Shown: one piece after another, positions 19,398 through 29,429 of the stretch
Layout: the number at the start of each line of letters is the position of its first letter
Position numbering within the stretch: the first letter of the stretch is position 1
Assembly: GCA_039932635.1 (NCBI GenBank)
Contig: JBDTPR010000001.1
Location: 1 to 42,794, forward strand
Source of the DNA: Candidatus Solibacter sp.
GTDB taxonomy: Bacteria; Acidobacteriota; Terriglobia; Bryobacterales; Bryobacteraceae
DNA: 42,794 nt
Direction of reading: 5' to 3'
Program-made: the position numbers and the translations under genes
The notes under the pieces: generated by a model
The model's input: only the letters and a program-made list of their open reading frames with translations
Database searches by the model: none
What the model was told of the DNA's origin: nothing

Positions 19398-20179
19398 AAC
19401 CATCCGAGTTGCTGCAGGTCGCGCACCGGTTCCTCGAAAGAGCACGAGCCGAAGCTGATGGCGAACTGTTCGCGCGCGGCGCGCAGTTGTTCCACAGTGA
19501 GCCCCTGTCCGTGCCAGGCCACGCCCGCATCGTCCCATGCGAAGGCGCTCGCCGATTGCTCTTCCAAGGTCGCCGCAGCCTCGGCTTCGGTACCGCCGTG
19601 CCACAGGCTCGCTGCCGCCACGAACACATTGACGAAGCCGTGCATCAGGGCCGACGGACTGTCCGCGGCATACGTGCACCGCTGCACGCTGCGCAGAGGA
19701 TGATGCAGTCCCGCCGTCGCCTTGAAGGGAACTTTCGCCGCCGCGCAGCGCGCCATAAAGCCCGCCAGCGCCGCGTCGGACGGGAACGCTGCCGCCGTGA
19801 GGCCGCCGGTACGCACCTTGGCGCGCCCCGTGGCGCCTGCGAGCGGCGCGGGGTCTTCCGTGATGGGCATCTCGTAGTACGCGACCACGCCCGGCATCAC
19901 GCCAGGAAACAGCGCGGGCACGTCGCTCGCGCGGTCCACCTTGATCTCGCACGAGTCCACTACGCGCTTGGGCATGCCGATCACGCTACACTTCCACGCC
20001 GGGTCCACTTCATCGAGCCGCGCTGCCGGCACGACGAAGCGTCCCAGCGCCCAGGCGTGCTCGCCCGCCGCGTACGACACGTAATTTCGTCGCGCCTCCG
20101 CCATCTCCAGCGAAGCGGGCGGGAACAAACCGGCGTAATCGATCAACCCTGCCAGCAGGGTGCGCAAACCTTCCGTCAT
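19394..20179 (-). CDS. conserved hypothetical protein (261 aa) embedded in the homogentisate operon
   Basis: Start [26 protein letters not shown] at 20179 overlaps the hmgA stop (ATGA), and its own stop overlaps the fahA start (ATGA). Notable blocks: [41 protein letters not shown]. No family name is known to me. Confidence 0.75.
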   Translation of the reverse strand: MTEGLRTLLAGLIDYAGLFPPASLEMAEARRNYVSYAAGEHAWALGRFVVPAARLDEVDPAWKCSVIGMPKRVVDSCEIKVDRASDVPALFPGVMPGVVAYYEMPITEDPAPLAGATGRAKVRTGGLTAAAFPSDAALAGFMARCAAAKVPFKATAGLHHPLRSVQRCTYAADSPSALMHGFVNVFVAAASLWHGGTEAEAAATLEEQSASAFAWDDAGVAWHGQGLTVEQLRAAREQFAISFGSCSFEEPVRDLQQLGWL

Positions 20180-21456
20180 GGCTGTTGAAAGCGCTTCTTC
20201 AAGCCCTGCCAGCACTCGAAGTACTCGTGCTGCAGGATGCGGCTCTCCAGTGCGAAGCGCGTGGGTCGCAGCACCAGTTGGGTCTCGAACATGAAGGCCA
20301 GCGTGTCCTTCAGATAGTGCGGCTTCAACTCGGCGATGCACGCGCGCTCATAGGTCTCGGCATCGGGACCGTGTCCCGACATGCAGTTGTGCAGGCTGGC
20401 GCCGCCAGGCAGAAAGCCCTCGGCCTTCGCATCGTACACGCCGAAGATCAGCCCCATGAATTCGTTCATCAGGTTGCGATGGAACCACGGCGGACGGAAC
20501 GTATGTTCCGCCACCAGCCATCGCGGCGGGAAGATCGCGAAGTCCACTCCCGAGGGGGACGTCAACACCGTGTAGATGGAGGGATCGGGGTGGTCGAACG
20601 ACACCGTGTTGATGCAGTTGAAACGTGCCAGGTCGTACTTGTAGGGCGCGTAATTGCCGTGCCACGCGACGACGTCGAGCGGCGAGTGGTCGATCTCCGC
20701 CACCCACAGCTTGCCCAGAAATTTGGCGACGATCGTGCACTCCGCGTCGATATCCTCGAACGCCGCCACTGGCGTCAGAAAATCGCGCGCATTGGCCAAC
20801 CCGTTGGCCCCGATCGCGCCCAACTCGGGCAGGCGGAACGGTGCGCCATAGCACTCGCACACGTAGCCGCGCGATGCGCCCTCCGGCAATTCCACCTTGA
20901 ATTTGATGCCGCGAGGGATCACGCAAATCTCGCCCGGCGCCGCGTCGATTACGCCCAACTCCGTCGCGATGCGTGTCCGCCCCTGCTGCGGCACCAGTAG
21001 CAGTTCGCCATCCGCATTGTAGAAGTAGCGCCCCTGCATACTCGCATTGGCCGCGTACACGTGGACCGCAACACCGGTCTGCGTGGACGGATCGCCGCTG
21101 CCCGCGATCGTCACCAGGCCATCGACGAAATCGGTGGCTGTCTCGGGGATGGGAAACGGGTCCCAGCGCATCTGATTGGGCGGCGTGGGCAGTTCGTCGA
21201 AGGGACCGCCGCGCACCAGTCCGCCAGGGTGCTCGATGAAGGGACGGTGAGTCACGCTGGGGCGTATGCGATAGGTCCAGGTGCGCTTGTTGGCGGCGCG
21301 CGGTGCGGTGAAAGGGCTGCCGCTGAGTTGCTCCGCATACAGGCCCAAGGGCGCCTGCTGCGGCGAGTTCTGTCCCACGGGAAGCGCCCCGGCAACCGCC
21401 TCTGTGGCGAACTCGTTGCCGAAGCCGGATTGGTATCGCAGGTCGCTGGACGGCAT
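20176..21456 (-). CDS. hmgA: homogentisate 1,2-dioxygenase
   Basis: [33 protein letters not shown]... and [40 protein letters not shown] are near-invariant HGD blocks. The 426-aa length fits the family. Confidence 0.95.
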   Translation of the reverse strand: MPSSDLRYQSGFGNEFATEAVAGALPVGQNSPQQAPLGLYAEQLSGSPFTAPRAANKRTWTYRIRPSVTHRPFIEHPGGLVRGGPFDELPTPPNQMRWDPFPIPETATDFVDGLVTIAGSGDPSTQTGVAVHVYAANASMQGRYFYNADGELLLVPQQGRTRIATELGVIDAAPGEICVIPRGIKFKVELPEGASRGYVCECYGAPFRLPELGAIGANGLANARDFLTPVAAFEDIDAECTIVAKFLGKLWVAEIDHSPLDVVAWHGNYAPYKYDLARFNCINTVSFDHPDPSIYTVLTSPSGVDFAIFPPRWLVAEHTFRPPWFHRNLMNEFMGLIFGVYDAKAEGFLPGGASLHNCMSGHGPDAETYERACIAELKPHYLKDTLAFMFETQLVLRPTRFALESRILQHEYFECWQGLKKRFQQP

Positions 21457-21499
21457 GGTCTCCTTGCGCTTGGGTTACGAGATTAGCACACTGGAAGCA

Positions 21500-23419
21500 A
21501 TGAGCATCCGATCTCTATTATCGTTCGTTGCAATCGCGGTGACCGTGATTCCCGGCACACATGCGGCCGGCGCACCCGTCGCCAATCGCGCCCCGCTGCA
21601 GGCGAACGCGTTCAATGCGCTGCCGCTCGGCAGCGTAATGCCCAAGGGCTGGCTGCTCGATCAGTTACGCCTTCAGGCCAAGGGACTCAGCGGCCATCTC
21701 GACGAGTTCTGGCCCGACCTCGGCCCGCAGAGCGCGTGGCTCGGCGGCACTGGCGAAGGCTGGGAGCGCGGCCCCTATTACCTGGATGGCCTGGTGCCGC
21801 TGGCCTACCTCACGCGCGAACCCGCGCTGATTGCGAAGGTCAAAAAGTGGATGGAGTGGACGCTTCAGAACCAGCGTCCCGATGGCGGCATCGGCCCCGT
21901 GAAGAATCTTGACTGGTGGCCTAATTACGTGATGCTCAAGGCGCTTGTCCAATATCAGGAAGCCTCCGGCGATGCGCGCGTGATTCCCCTGATGGAAAAG
22001 TATTTCGCGTACCAGTTGAAGCACATCGACGAGCGCCCACTGAAAGAGTGGGCCATCTTCCGCTGGCACGACGAAGTGCTCAGCGTGCTCTGGCTCTACA
22101 ATCGCAACGGCGACCGCGCGCTGCTCGATCTCGCCCGCAAGTTGCATACCCAGGGCCACGATTGGGAGGCGCAGTTCGCCAACTTCAAGACCACCGAGCG
22201 CGTGCCGCGCGGCGAGACCAACCTCTCCACGCACGGCGTCAACAACGCCATGGCGATGAAGGCCGCCGCCGTGTGGTGGCTGGTCACTGGCGACAAGGGC
22301 GATCGCGCCGGCCTTTACCAGATGCTCGACATGCTGGACCGCCATCACGGCCAGCCCAACGGCATCTTCAGCGCCGACGAGCATTACGCCGGCCGCGACC
22401 CGTCGCAGGGTACCGAGCTTTGCGCCGTGGTGGAAGCCATGTTCTCGCTGGAGACCGATATAGCGATTCTCGGCGACGCTGCGCTCGGCGACCGCCTGGA
22501 GAAGATCGCCTACAACGCGCTGCCCGCCACCCTGAGTCCCGACCTGTGGTCGCATCAATACGATCAGCAGGCCAATCAGGTGATGTGCTCGATCTCCAAT
22601 CGCCGCTGGGCCACCAATGGTCCGGAGAGCAACATCTTCGGACTCGAACCCAACTTCGGCTGCTGTACCGCCAACATGCACCAGGGCTGGCCGAAACTCG
22701 CCGCCAGCCTGTGGATGGCCACACCCGATGACGGCCTCGCCGCGGTAATCTACGGCCCCAGCGAAGTCACCACGACACTCGGCGGCAAGACCGTAACCAT
22801 CGACGAAGTCACCGATTATCCCTTCCGCGAGAGCGTGTCGCTCGCCGTCAAGCTGCAAGGCGCCGCCCGCTTCCCGCTGATGCTGCGCATCCCTGTGTGG
22901 GCGGGTGTGGCGCGCGTCACCGTCAATGGGCAGGCCGTCGCGGGCGTGAAGGCCGGCGAGTTCCTGCGCATCGAGCGCGAATGGAAATCGGGCGACAAGG
23001 TGGAACTTCGCTTTCCGATGGCCGTGCGCACCTCCACCTGGTTCAATAACTCGCTCGCCGTGGAGCGCGGGCCGCTGGTCTACTCGCTCAAGATCGGCGA
23101 GAGCTGGAACAAGATCAAGCAGATTGGGCCCGCCGCCGATTGGGAAGTCTATCCCACTTCGCCCTGGAACTACGCGCTGCTGAAGGACACCTTCAATGTG
23201 ACCGAGAAGCCGATGCAGCAACAGCCGTACACTGCGACCGCTGCACCCGTCGAGATCACGGCGAAGGCTCGCCGCTTGCCGCAGTGGACACTGGTGGACG
23301 ACTCGCCGGGCGCGATTCCGGTGAGCCCCGTGACCACCAAGCGGCCCGAAGAAATCGTGACGCTGGTGCCCTACGGCGCGGCCCGCTTGCGCATCACTGC
23401 ATTTCCGTGGATGCAGTGA
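21500..23419 (+). CDS. glycoside hydrolase family 127-like (DUF1680, beta-L-arabinofuranosidase-type), secreted
   Basis: Start MSIRSLLSFVAIAVTVIPGTHAAG at 21500; the ORF-track start at 21281 would overlap hmgA. Family-typical blocks are PYYLDGLVPLAYL, the (alpha/alpha)6-like region and the Cys pair in EPNFGCCTANMHQGWPK. Confidence 0.85.
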   Translation: MSIRSLLSFVAIAVTVIPGTHAAGAPVANRAPLQANAFNALPLGSVMPKGWLLDQLRLQAKGLSGHLDEFWPDLGPQSAWLGGTGEGWERGPYYLDGLVPLAYLTREPALIAKVKKWMEWTLQNQRPDGGIGPVKNLDWWPNYVMLKALVQYQEASGDARVIPLMEKYFAYQLKHIDERPLKEWAIFRWHDEVLSVLWLYNRNGDRALLDLARKLHTQGHDWEAQFANFKTTERVPRGETNLSTHGVNNAMAMKAAAVWWLVTGDKGDRAGLYQMLDMLDRHHGQPNGIFSADEHYAGRDPSQGTELCAVVEAMFSLETDIAILGDAALGDRLEKIAYNALPATLSPDLWSHQYDQQANQVMCSISNRRWATNGPESNIFGLEPNFGCCTANMHQGWPKLAASLWMATPDDGLAAVIYGPSEVTTTLGGKTVTIDEVTDYPFRESVSLAVKLQGAARFPLMLRIPVWAGVARVTVNGQAVAGVKAGEFLRIEREWKSGDKVELRFPMAVRTSTWFNNSLAVERGPLVYSLKIGESWNKIKQIGPAADWEVYPTSPWNYALLKDTFNVTEKPMQQQPYTATAAPVEITAKARRLPQWTLVDDSPGAIPVSPVTTKRPEEIVTLVPYGAARLRITAFPWMQ

Positions 23420-25397
23420 CCTCTTCGCCCCAGATGTATTTGCTGAACCACTCGTAGTTGTGTTCCATCACGGCGCGCTGTTGCTTGGGCTTGTTGATGG
23501 GGTGTCCGAAACCCTTGTAAAGCACGAGCTTTGCGGGTACCTTGCGATCCTGCAGCGCCTGGAATAGTTCGAAGGCGTTGGGCGGCGGCACGCGCTTGTC
23601 CTGGTCGCCGTGCTGGATCAGCGTCGGCGTCTGCGCGCGGTTCACGTAGGTGATCGGCGAGGTCTTGCGATAGATCTCCGGGTCGTCCCACGGCGTTCCC
23701 TTCAGGTATTGGCGCGTGAATGGGTGTATGTCGGTGTTGACGTAATACGTCATCCAGTCGGAGATGCCCGCGCCCACGCTGACGGCCTTGAAACGGTCGC
23801 TATAGCATGTGATGAACGCGGAGATGTAGCCGCCCTGGCTCCACCCCATGGCGCCGACGCGGTCCTTATCGACCATGCCTTTGGCGATCAGCATGTCGAC
23901 GCCGGTGATCACATCGTCGTAGTCGCCGAGCCCGAGATTGCGCACATTGAGCGCGCGGAACTTTTCGCCGTAGCCCGCGGACCCGCGGTAGTTCGGCCTC
24001 AGGATCACGGCACCCTTGGCGGCGAAGCGCTCCACCGGATAGTAACGGTCGTCCGACATCATGGGCCTGTCCACACCGGTGGGTCCACCGTGGATCACCA
24101 CCAGGAGCGGGTACTTGCGCGTGGCGTCGAAATCGGCTGGCTTGATCAGGATGCCCTCGATGGTGGCTCCGTCCTTCGACTTCCACGACACCACTTCCCG
24201 AGTGGCCAGCTTGTAGTCCTTGTACTGCGCGCTCATGTCCGTAAGGTACTTGGGGGCAAAGTCGCTCACTGGCGAGACGAAGACTTCGGTGAAACGATTA
24301 GGCGACGCGCCGGAAGCCGCGAGGGTGCGGTGGTCCTTCGTGAACGATGCGCCGCCGATTTGATAGGCATCGGGGCCGCTGATGCGACGCACGGCCTTAG
24401 TCGCAGGGTCGATGCGGAAGAGATGCGAGGCGGTCTTCTGCGAGGCTGCGAAATAGATGCCCTCGGGCGCCCACTCAATCAGGCCCGGGTTCTCGTCGAA
24501 TTCCTGAGAGAGGATGCGCGGCTTGCCGCCTTCGGCCGAAATCACCGCAAGGTAGCTATTCGTAAAGAAGAAAAACTCCTGCCCGTTCGATGTCACGTAC
24601 GCGATCTCTTTACCGTCCGGCGACCACTTGGGGCTGCCGTTGGGTCCTGGAGTGTCGAGCAGTTTCTTGACGTGCAGATCGGCCAGGTCGAGCACGTAGA
24701 GCGTCTCGGTCTGGCTCGAACCCAAGTCGGGATCCTTTGCCGCGCTGAACGCGATACGCTTGCTGTCGGGCGACCATGAGAACGAGTTCACGCTATACGT
24801 CTCGCCCTTGGTGAGCGGTTCCGCCTTGGGTAGTTTCTTGCTATCGGCGGGCACGTCGGCCGGGACCTTGACGCGCCACAAGTGATTCATCTGGTAGTCG
24901 CCGCCGATCACGTCGAACTCGCCGTACTTCTCCTTGCGATCTTTGCGCGCCTTCTCTTCCGGGCCTGAGGAAGTGAACGCGATCGCGCTGCCATCGGGCG
25001 CCCAGGCGATGCCGCCGACGCCGTTCTCCTCCGCGGTCAGCACGCGCGCCTCGCCGCCTTGGGGTGAGATCAGATAAATCTGCCGCTTGCCGTCGCGATC
25101 GCTGACGAAGGCCAGTTGCCGCGAATCGGGCGACCACTGCGCGCCGCCTGCCGATTTCTTTCCGCTGGTCAGCTGATAACGCTCGCCGGTAGCAGGCACG
25201 GCGATCCAGATCTGGGTGACGAATTCGTTCTGGTCCCAATTGGCCTGCGTCACGGTGTACGCGACGTAGCGTCCGTCGGGTGAAATCTGAGCGCCGCCCA
25301 CGGACTTCATGCCGAGCGATTCATCGATGGTGGGCACCGTGCCGGCCGTCAGGGCAACAGCGCCCAGCACCAGGGCGAGTGAGAGTTGAATGCGCAT
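23394..25397 (-). CDS. S9 family serine peptidase (prolyl oligopeptidase / acylaminoacyl-peptidase type) with N-terminal beta-propeller
   Basis: Signal peptide MRIQLSLALVLGAVALTA. Repeated '(I/W)SPDG...' propeller blades (e.g. ISPDGRY, WSPDSRQ, WAPDGSA). Catalytic GWSQGGY, with downstream Asp and His (HGDQDKRVP, GFGHPI). The 3' end overlaps the convergent GH127 gene by 26 nt. Confidence 0.9.
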   Translation of the reverse strand: MRIQLSLALVLGAVALTAGTVPTIDESLGMKSVGGAQISPDGRYVAYTVTQANWDQNEFVTQIWIAVPATGERYQLTSGKKSAGGAQWSPDSRQLAFVSDRDGKRQIYLISPQGGEARVLTAEENGVGGIAWAPDGSAIAFTSSGPEEKARKDRKEKYGEFDVIGGDYQMNHLWRVKVPADVPADSKKLPKAEPLTKGETYSVNSFSWSPDSKRIAFSAAKDPDLGSSQTETLYVLDLADLHVKKLLDTPGPNGSPKWSPDGKEIAYVTSNGQEFFFFTNSYLAVISAEGGKPRILSQEFDENPGLIEWAPEGIYFAASQKTASHLFRIDPATKAVRRISGPDAYQIGGASFTKDHRTLAASGASPNRFTEVFVSPVSDFAPKYLTDMSAQYKDYKLATREVVSWKSKDGATIEGILIKPADFDATRKYPLLVVIHGGPTGVDRPMMSDDRYYPVERFAAKGAVILRPNYRGSAGYGEKFRALNVRNLGLGDYDDVITGVDMLIAKGMVDKDRVGAMGWSQGGYISAFITCYSDRFKAVSVGAGISDWMTYYVNTDIHPFTRQYLKGTPWDDPEIYRKTSPITYVNRAQTPTLIQHGDQDKRVPPPNAFELFQALQDRKVPAKLVLYKGFGHPINKPKQQRAVMEHNYEWFSKYIWGEEVTASTEMQ

Positions 25398-25413
25398 TCC
25401 TGAAACTAGCCGA

Positions 25414-25527
25414 TGCGGCGTGTGGTGTCAACGCCCTCCTGCTAGCAATTGTCCGCGGGCAGTTTCCTTGCCGTTGCGGCGGCTGGTGTCAACACCATCC
25501 TGCTTGCAGCAGTCCGCGAGCAGTTCC
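25414..25527. promoter_or_regulatory. two tandem imperfect ~53-nt repeats in a divergent promoter region
   Basis: Unit 1, 25414-25467: tgcggcgtgtggtgtcaacgccctcctgctagcaattgtccgcgggcagtttcc. Unit 2, 25475-25527: tgcggcggctggtgtcaacaccatcctgcttgcagcagtccgcgagcagttcc. Each unit carries GGTGTCAAC(G/A)CC and a TGCTAGCA / TGCTTGCAGCA palindrome-like core. Confidence 0.5.
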
Positions 25528-25653
25528 ATGCCGGGGTGGTGGGACTGCGCGCGATGCTGGAAGCATGCCGGCCGCGCCGACCACAGGCGGTACTGGAACG
25601 TGGGAGTACTGCGAGGGGTTGTATGGCGTCGTGCGGCACCCGGTAATGGGAAC

Positions 25654-26118
25654 GTGCTCTCTCTTCTTTTGTTCTTTGCGGCAGCCGGCAGTGGTGCGCC
25701 CGTGGTTGGCCGGCCGGTCAAGGCGGTCGGCGCTTGCTCCGCGGTGACCGCGGTCGATGTGGAGCGCGCCCTTGGGCGGCGATTTGCGCGCGGCAATGAA
25801 GAGGTGCGCGGGGCGGATTCGACTTGCGACTACGCGTCGGGCACCGGGCAGGTCTCGATCACGCTGCAGAGGCTGCGCGCGCCGGTGAATCTTGCAGTAG
25901 AGATCGCGAGCTTGAAGAAGGAAGTCGAGGACTCGTCGGTGAGGCTGGCTCCAGAATTCGGCGGCTTCTTTTTGGATATCGCGGGCGCCGGCACGCAGTT
26001 GCACGTGATTCGCGAAGATCGCGAGTACGTGATGATTTCGATCCTGGGCTTTGGGGATGCGGCGCAGGTGTCGGCTGCGGCCGAACGCTTGGCGAAAATC
26101 GCGTTGGGACGGTTGTAG
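25654..26118 (+). CDS. hypothetical small exported protein (start uncertain)
   Basis: This is the 3' part of ORF 25390..26118. The in-frame GTG at 25654 gives VLSLLLFFAAAGSGAPVVG..., a hydrophobic N-terminus. No family is recognised. Its stop lies 2 nt from the convergent stop of the next gene. Confidence 0.4.
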   Translation: MLSLLLFFAAAGSGAPVVGRPVKAVGACSAVTAVDVERALGRRFARGNEEVRGADSTCDYASGTGQVSITLQRLRAPVNLAVEIASLKKEVEDSSVRLAPEFGGFFLDIAGAGTQLHVIREDREYVMISILGFGDAAQVSAAAERLAKIALGRL

Positions 26119-26120
26119 CG

Positions 26121-29100
26121 CTACGGAGCGGTCGCCCACAGGCAGAGTGAATCGGTGTAGGCAGCGGAGCCGTCGCGGAGCCAGGCATCCAATTGGGCGG
26201 GCTCTTTTAGTTGCTGGCCTCGCTGGCGAGGGACGCCGATGAAGCGGCAGTCGAGTTCAGGCAACGCGGTCATATCTCCCCACAGCTTCTCGAATTGCGC
26301 TACCGGGAAGACATCCTCCTGGCCCTTGCCCCAGCGCTTCTTCACGTCCTTCAGCGTGATGTAAGTGGGCATGCGAGCGGCCACCACGCGCACCGCGTCG
26401 TTGACCCGCGCGATGTCGGAGAGCATCTCTCGCGTCAACCCGAACACTCCGAGCGTGCGATCGATATCCAGCCAGTACGTGGCGCTGTTGTAGTACGACA
26501 TGCGCGATTCCAACTCGTCGTTGGGCAGCGCCAGGCCTTCCACCAGACGCACGCGATCGTCCACGCGCGCGAGACCTCCGCCGCGATCCTCCAGGTGGCG
26601 CGCGATTACTTCCGTGGTCATTGCGGCGCCGCTCGCGATATGCTGGCCGAGAATCGTGGCATCCACGTCCACCGCGGCAGTGTCGATGTTGTGCACCAAA
26701 AGGTAGTTCAAACGCGGGCGCTGTTCCAGCAGGCGCAGTAGCGTGCCATTGCGCAAGAGATTGGGCACTTCGTACCAATGCCCCACCGGATGCAGGCACT
26801 GCATCGGCAGATTGTCGGTGTAGTTCGAGCCTTCGCCCGCCTGCGTGGCCCACTTAATGAGCGCCGCGCGCAGCCCTTCGCGGACCTTCTGTGCCTGTTC
26901 GTCGAGCATCTGCTGCGCCATTTCCTCCCACGCAAACCGCAGGTCGCGCTCCATGGGGATCATGCGCAGGCCGATGACGCGGCCGGGCGATAGCAGCAGC
27001 GGCCCCGGATAATTGTGGTTGGCTTCGCGTTGCAGGTGCTGCGCGATGGCGTCGTGGGTCAGGTAGCTTGTGGTGACGACGTGCGGCAGCAGCGTGCCGC
27101 ATTCGCGGCCCACGCGCAGGCTCTTGGCGAGATGAGTCTCGATGAAGTTGCGATGGCGGCCGCCGAGTTTGCAGAACGGGTTGAGCGCTTTCACAGCGCC
27201 CGCGCCCTTGGTCCAACGGCTGCCCACCCCGCCGGCCAGGGTGACCACGGCGACGCGCCCTTCGGCCAATGCCTGCGCGCCGAGCGCGCGATGGCGCGGG
27301 TCGAGTACATCAGGTACGGCATCGTCGATCCGGCTGGTGCCCGGCAGGCGATTCTGCGCCAGGCCGATACGTCCGGAGTGCAGCTCGGATTGAATCTGCT
27401 CGTGCTGCATGCGATCGAAGCCATGGGTCTCGAGCAGGGCTTCGAGCGTCTGGGTGCGGTCGGCCTCCTGATTCTGCGCGCGCGGCAGCAGATGGTCGAA
27501 GAGGTTGTGCACCATACCGGAGAAGTCTTCCACGGTACGGCAGGCGGCCGTGAAGCGCTCGAGTTCGGCGCGGCGCCCGGCGGAGAGATTGCGGCTCTCG
27601 GTGCGCAGCAGTGGAGGCACGGCGAGGGTGTAGTAGCCGGCGGGCATCAGCGCGTCTTCACCGCTGAGCAGAACGGCCTGCGTACCGCGCTCGTTGATGG
27701 CGAAATTGTAGACCACGGGCTCCATGGCGAAGGGCACGCTGCGTTCCATGGCGCGCTTGGTTTCGCTCATGATGACCTGCATGCGCTGCTGCGCTTCTTC
27801 CTTGCGCCGCGGGTTGAAGAGGAAGCCCATGCCGCCGCCCGACATCCCGCCGAGCATCCAGAAGCCCCAAAAATCGTCGCCGAATTCGGCGCGCGTGCGA
27901 CGGATCAAGGTGTCTGTGTAAAGGTTGCCGGCCCACGGAATGATGGTCTGAATGGGCCCGTCGAAATTTTTCTGCGTGCACGCGCCCACCGCGTCGATTT
28001 CGCCGCGTTCCAGATGGCCGAGCACTTCGTCGAGAATGCCGATGGCCTGCTTGCGGCCAAGCCATTCGGTTTCGGAGCGCAGCAGGTATTTCTCGGTGAC
28101 CATTTCGAGAATGGGGCCAACGTCCTGCGCCATGCCGCCATGCACCAGCACGAGACTCTCTTGCAATTTCTGGCGCGTGGCGGCAGGCACGCGATCTTCG
28201 CCGAGGATGTCGTGATTGGGCAGCAGGCGTCCGCGGCTGATGCCGAATTCGGGGTCGCCCTCTCCGGCCAGCACGCCGTGAATCACCTTGATGCCGGGCC
28301 ACACGCCGCCGGAATCCTGCCAGCCGCCGCCGCTGCCGCCGAGCCACTCGCCGAGGATCGCCCGGGCGGCCACGAGGCGGCGGTCAGGCTCTTCGAGCGA
28401 CCCCGTGAGCGCGTGAATCTGATTGGTGGCGCGCATGCACACCGAGATCAGGCAGGCCAGCAGATTGGTGGACACGGCGAGCCGCGAACCCTTGGGAATG
28501 TCGTTCACCTTGCTGACGATTTCAATGCCGTGGCCGGGCTTGCCGGTGAGGCGTGCGAGGAGGTCGGCGAGCGGCTGCGTGGCGCCTTCCAGCCCCGGCG
28601 GCACGAGTCCGCTGGCGATCACCGCGGCCTTCAAGAGGCCGAGGTAATCGCGCGCGAAATCGAAGACCTCCGCGATGGATGTGACGTCGGCGGAGGCTTG
28701 CAAATCGACGCTGGTGAGACGCAGGACAGGCTCATCGATCACGCGGAAATAGGCTTCGACCGGCGGCTTGGGCGAGGCATTCTGCGTGTTGCCGCGCACC
28801 GCGAGGTCGATGGAGATATTGAGGACGCGCGCTCCCTCCGGGAAGTCCATGCCGAGGAAAAAGATGTCGCTCCAGCCGCTGTGGGTGAGGTCCATGCGCA
28901 CAGGAGTGGTCTCGCGCAGAATGGGGAACGACGGCGCGCCCTCAAGGAGTTCGGGGCGCAGGCGAAGCGGATAGTCGGCGGGATGCCCGGTGCGGAACAT
29001 CCACTGGTTGCCGCGCACGCTGCGTACGCTGCGGCGCACCTGGTCGGCGAGTGTCTGGAAGGCGACGGATTTGTAGCCCGCGGCGAGCGCGCTGGAGATG

Positions 29101-29429
29101 GCGGCGCTCGGCCCGTGGGCGGCCTGTGCGGCGAGGAAGAGATCAATGGCTTCTTCGAAGCGTCGCTTCAGCAAATTGTTGTAGCCGGCGAAAGGAATCG
29201 CGGCGGGCGCGGCGGCGGCGGGGCGCAGCGGAATGTGGAAGCGGTGGATTGCGTAGAGGAAGAAGAGGGCTCGTACGCGCTCGTAGAGGTTGTCGCTGGC
29301 GCGGCGGAAGCGGTCGAGCGCCTGGCATTCGGCGAGCAGTTCGTCAAGCGAGAGATCGCGGCACAGGGCGTCGAGCGATTGATCGCGTGCCTCGCCCGCG
29401 GCCGTAATCACGTCGGTGAGCAGGCTCAC
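26121..29429 (-). CDS. 1102-aa fusion: unknown N-terminal region + GHMP-kinase (fucokinase-like) module + UDPGP-type nucleotidyltransferase module
   Basis: GTG start overlaps the upstream stop (GTGA at 29426-29429). Residues ~300-580 carry the GHMP order: motif-2 position [15 protein letters not shown] (degenerate versus PxGSGLGSSA), [12 protein letters not shown] (the GGGWQDQ block of fucokinase-type kinases) and [13 protein letters not shown] (motif 3). Residues ~700-1102 carry [22 protein letters not shown], a UDP-sugar pyrophosphorylase L-A-G-G-x-G-[ST]-R signature. Confidence 0.85.
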   Translation of the reverse strand: MSLLTDVITAAGEARDQSLDALCRDLSLDELLAECQALDRFRRASDNLYERVRALFFLYAIHRFHIPLRPAAAAPAAIPFAGYNNLLKRRFEEAIDLFLAAQAAHGPSAAISSALAAGYKSVAFQTLADQVRRSVRSVRGNQWMFRTGHPADYPLRLRPELLEGAPSFPILRETTPVRMDLTHSGWSDIFFLGMDFPEGARVLNISIDLAVRGNTQNASPKPPVEAYFRVIDEPVLRLTSVDLQASADVTSIAEVFDFARDYLGLLKAAVIASGLVPPGLEGATQPLADLLARLTGKPGHGIEIVSKVNDIPKGSRLAVSTNLLACLISVCMRATNQIHALTGSLEEPDRRLVAARAILGEWLGGSGGGWQDSGGVWPGIKVIHGVLAGEGDPEFGISRGRLLPNHDILGEDRVPAATRQKLQESLVLVHGGMAQDVGPILEMVTEKYLLRSETEWLGRKQAIGILDEVLGHLERGEIDAVGACTQKNFDGPIQTIIPWAGNLYTDTLIRRTRAEFGDDFWGFWMLGGMSGGGMGFLFNPRRKEEAQQRMQVIMSETKRAMERSVPFAMEPVVYNFAINERGTQAVLLSGEDALMPAGYYTLAVPPLLRTESRNLSAGRRAELERFTAACRTVEDFSGMVHNLFDHLLPRAQNQEADRTQTLEALLETHGFDRMQHEQIQSELHSGRIGLAQNRLPGTSRIDDAVPDVLDPRHRALGAQALAEGRVAVVTLAGGVGSRWTKGAGAVKALNPFCKLGGRHRNFIETHLAKSLRVGRECGTLLPHVVTTSYLTHDAIAQHLQREANHNYPGPLLLSPGRVIGLRMIPMERDLRFAWEEMAQQMLDEQAQKVREGLRAALIKWATQAGEGSNYTDNLPMQCLHPVGHWYEVPNLLRNGTLLRLLEQRPRLNYLLVHNIDTAAVDVDATILGQHIASGAAMTTEVIARHLEDRGGGLARVDDRVRLVEGLALPNDELESRMSYYNSATYWLDIDRTLGVFGLTREMLSDIARVNDAVRVVAARMPTYITLKDVKKRWGKGQEDVFPVAQFEKLWGDMTALPELDCRFIGVPRQRGQQLKEPAQLDAWLRDGSAAYTDSLCLWATAP

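Noticed and set aside
19398-19952. 5' extension of the fahA ORF (the track gives 595 aa starting at 19952).
   Set aside because: The extension is an Arg/Gly-rich frame overlapping gene X. The conserved FAH N-terminus ([16 protein letters not shown]) begins at 19397, exactly at an ATGA overlap with the upstream stop.
25390-25653. 5' part of ORF 25390..26118, and ORF 25280..25747, as coding sequence.
   Set aside because: This region is the tandem-repeat-bearing divergent spacer. The translations are Cys/Arg/Trp-rich and repeat-derived. Only the segment from the GTG at 25654 has a plausible signal-peptide-like start.
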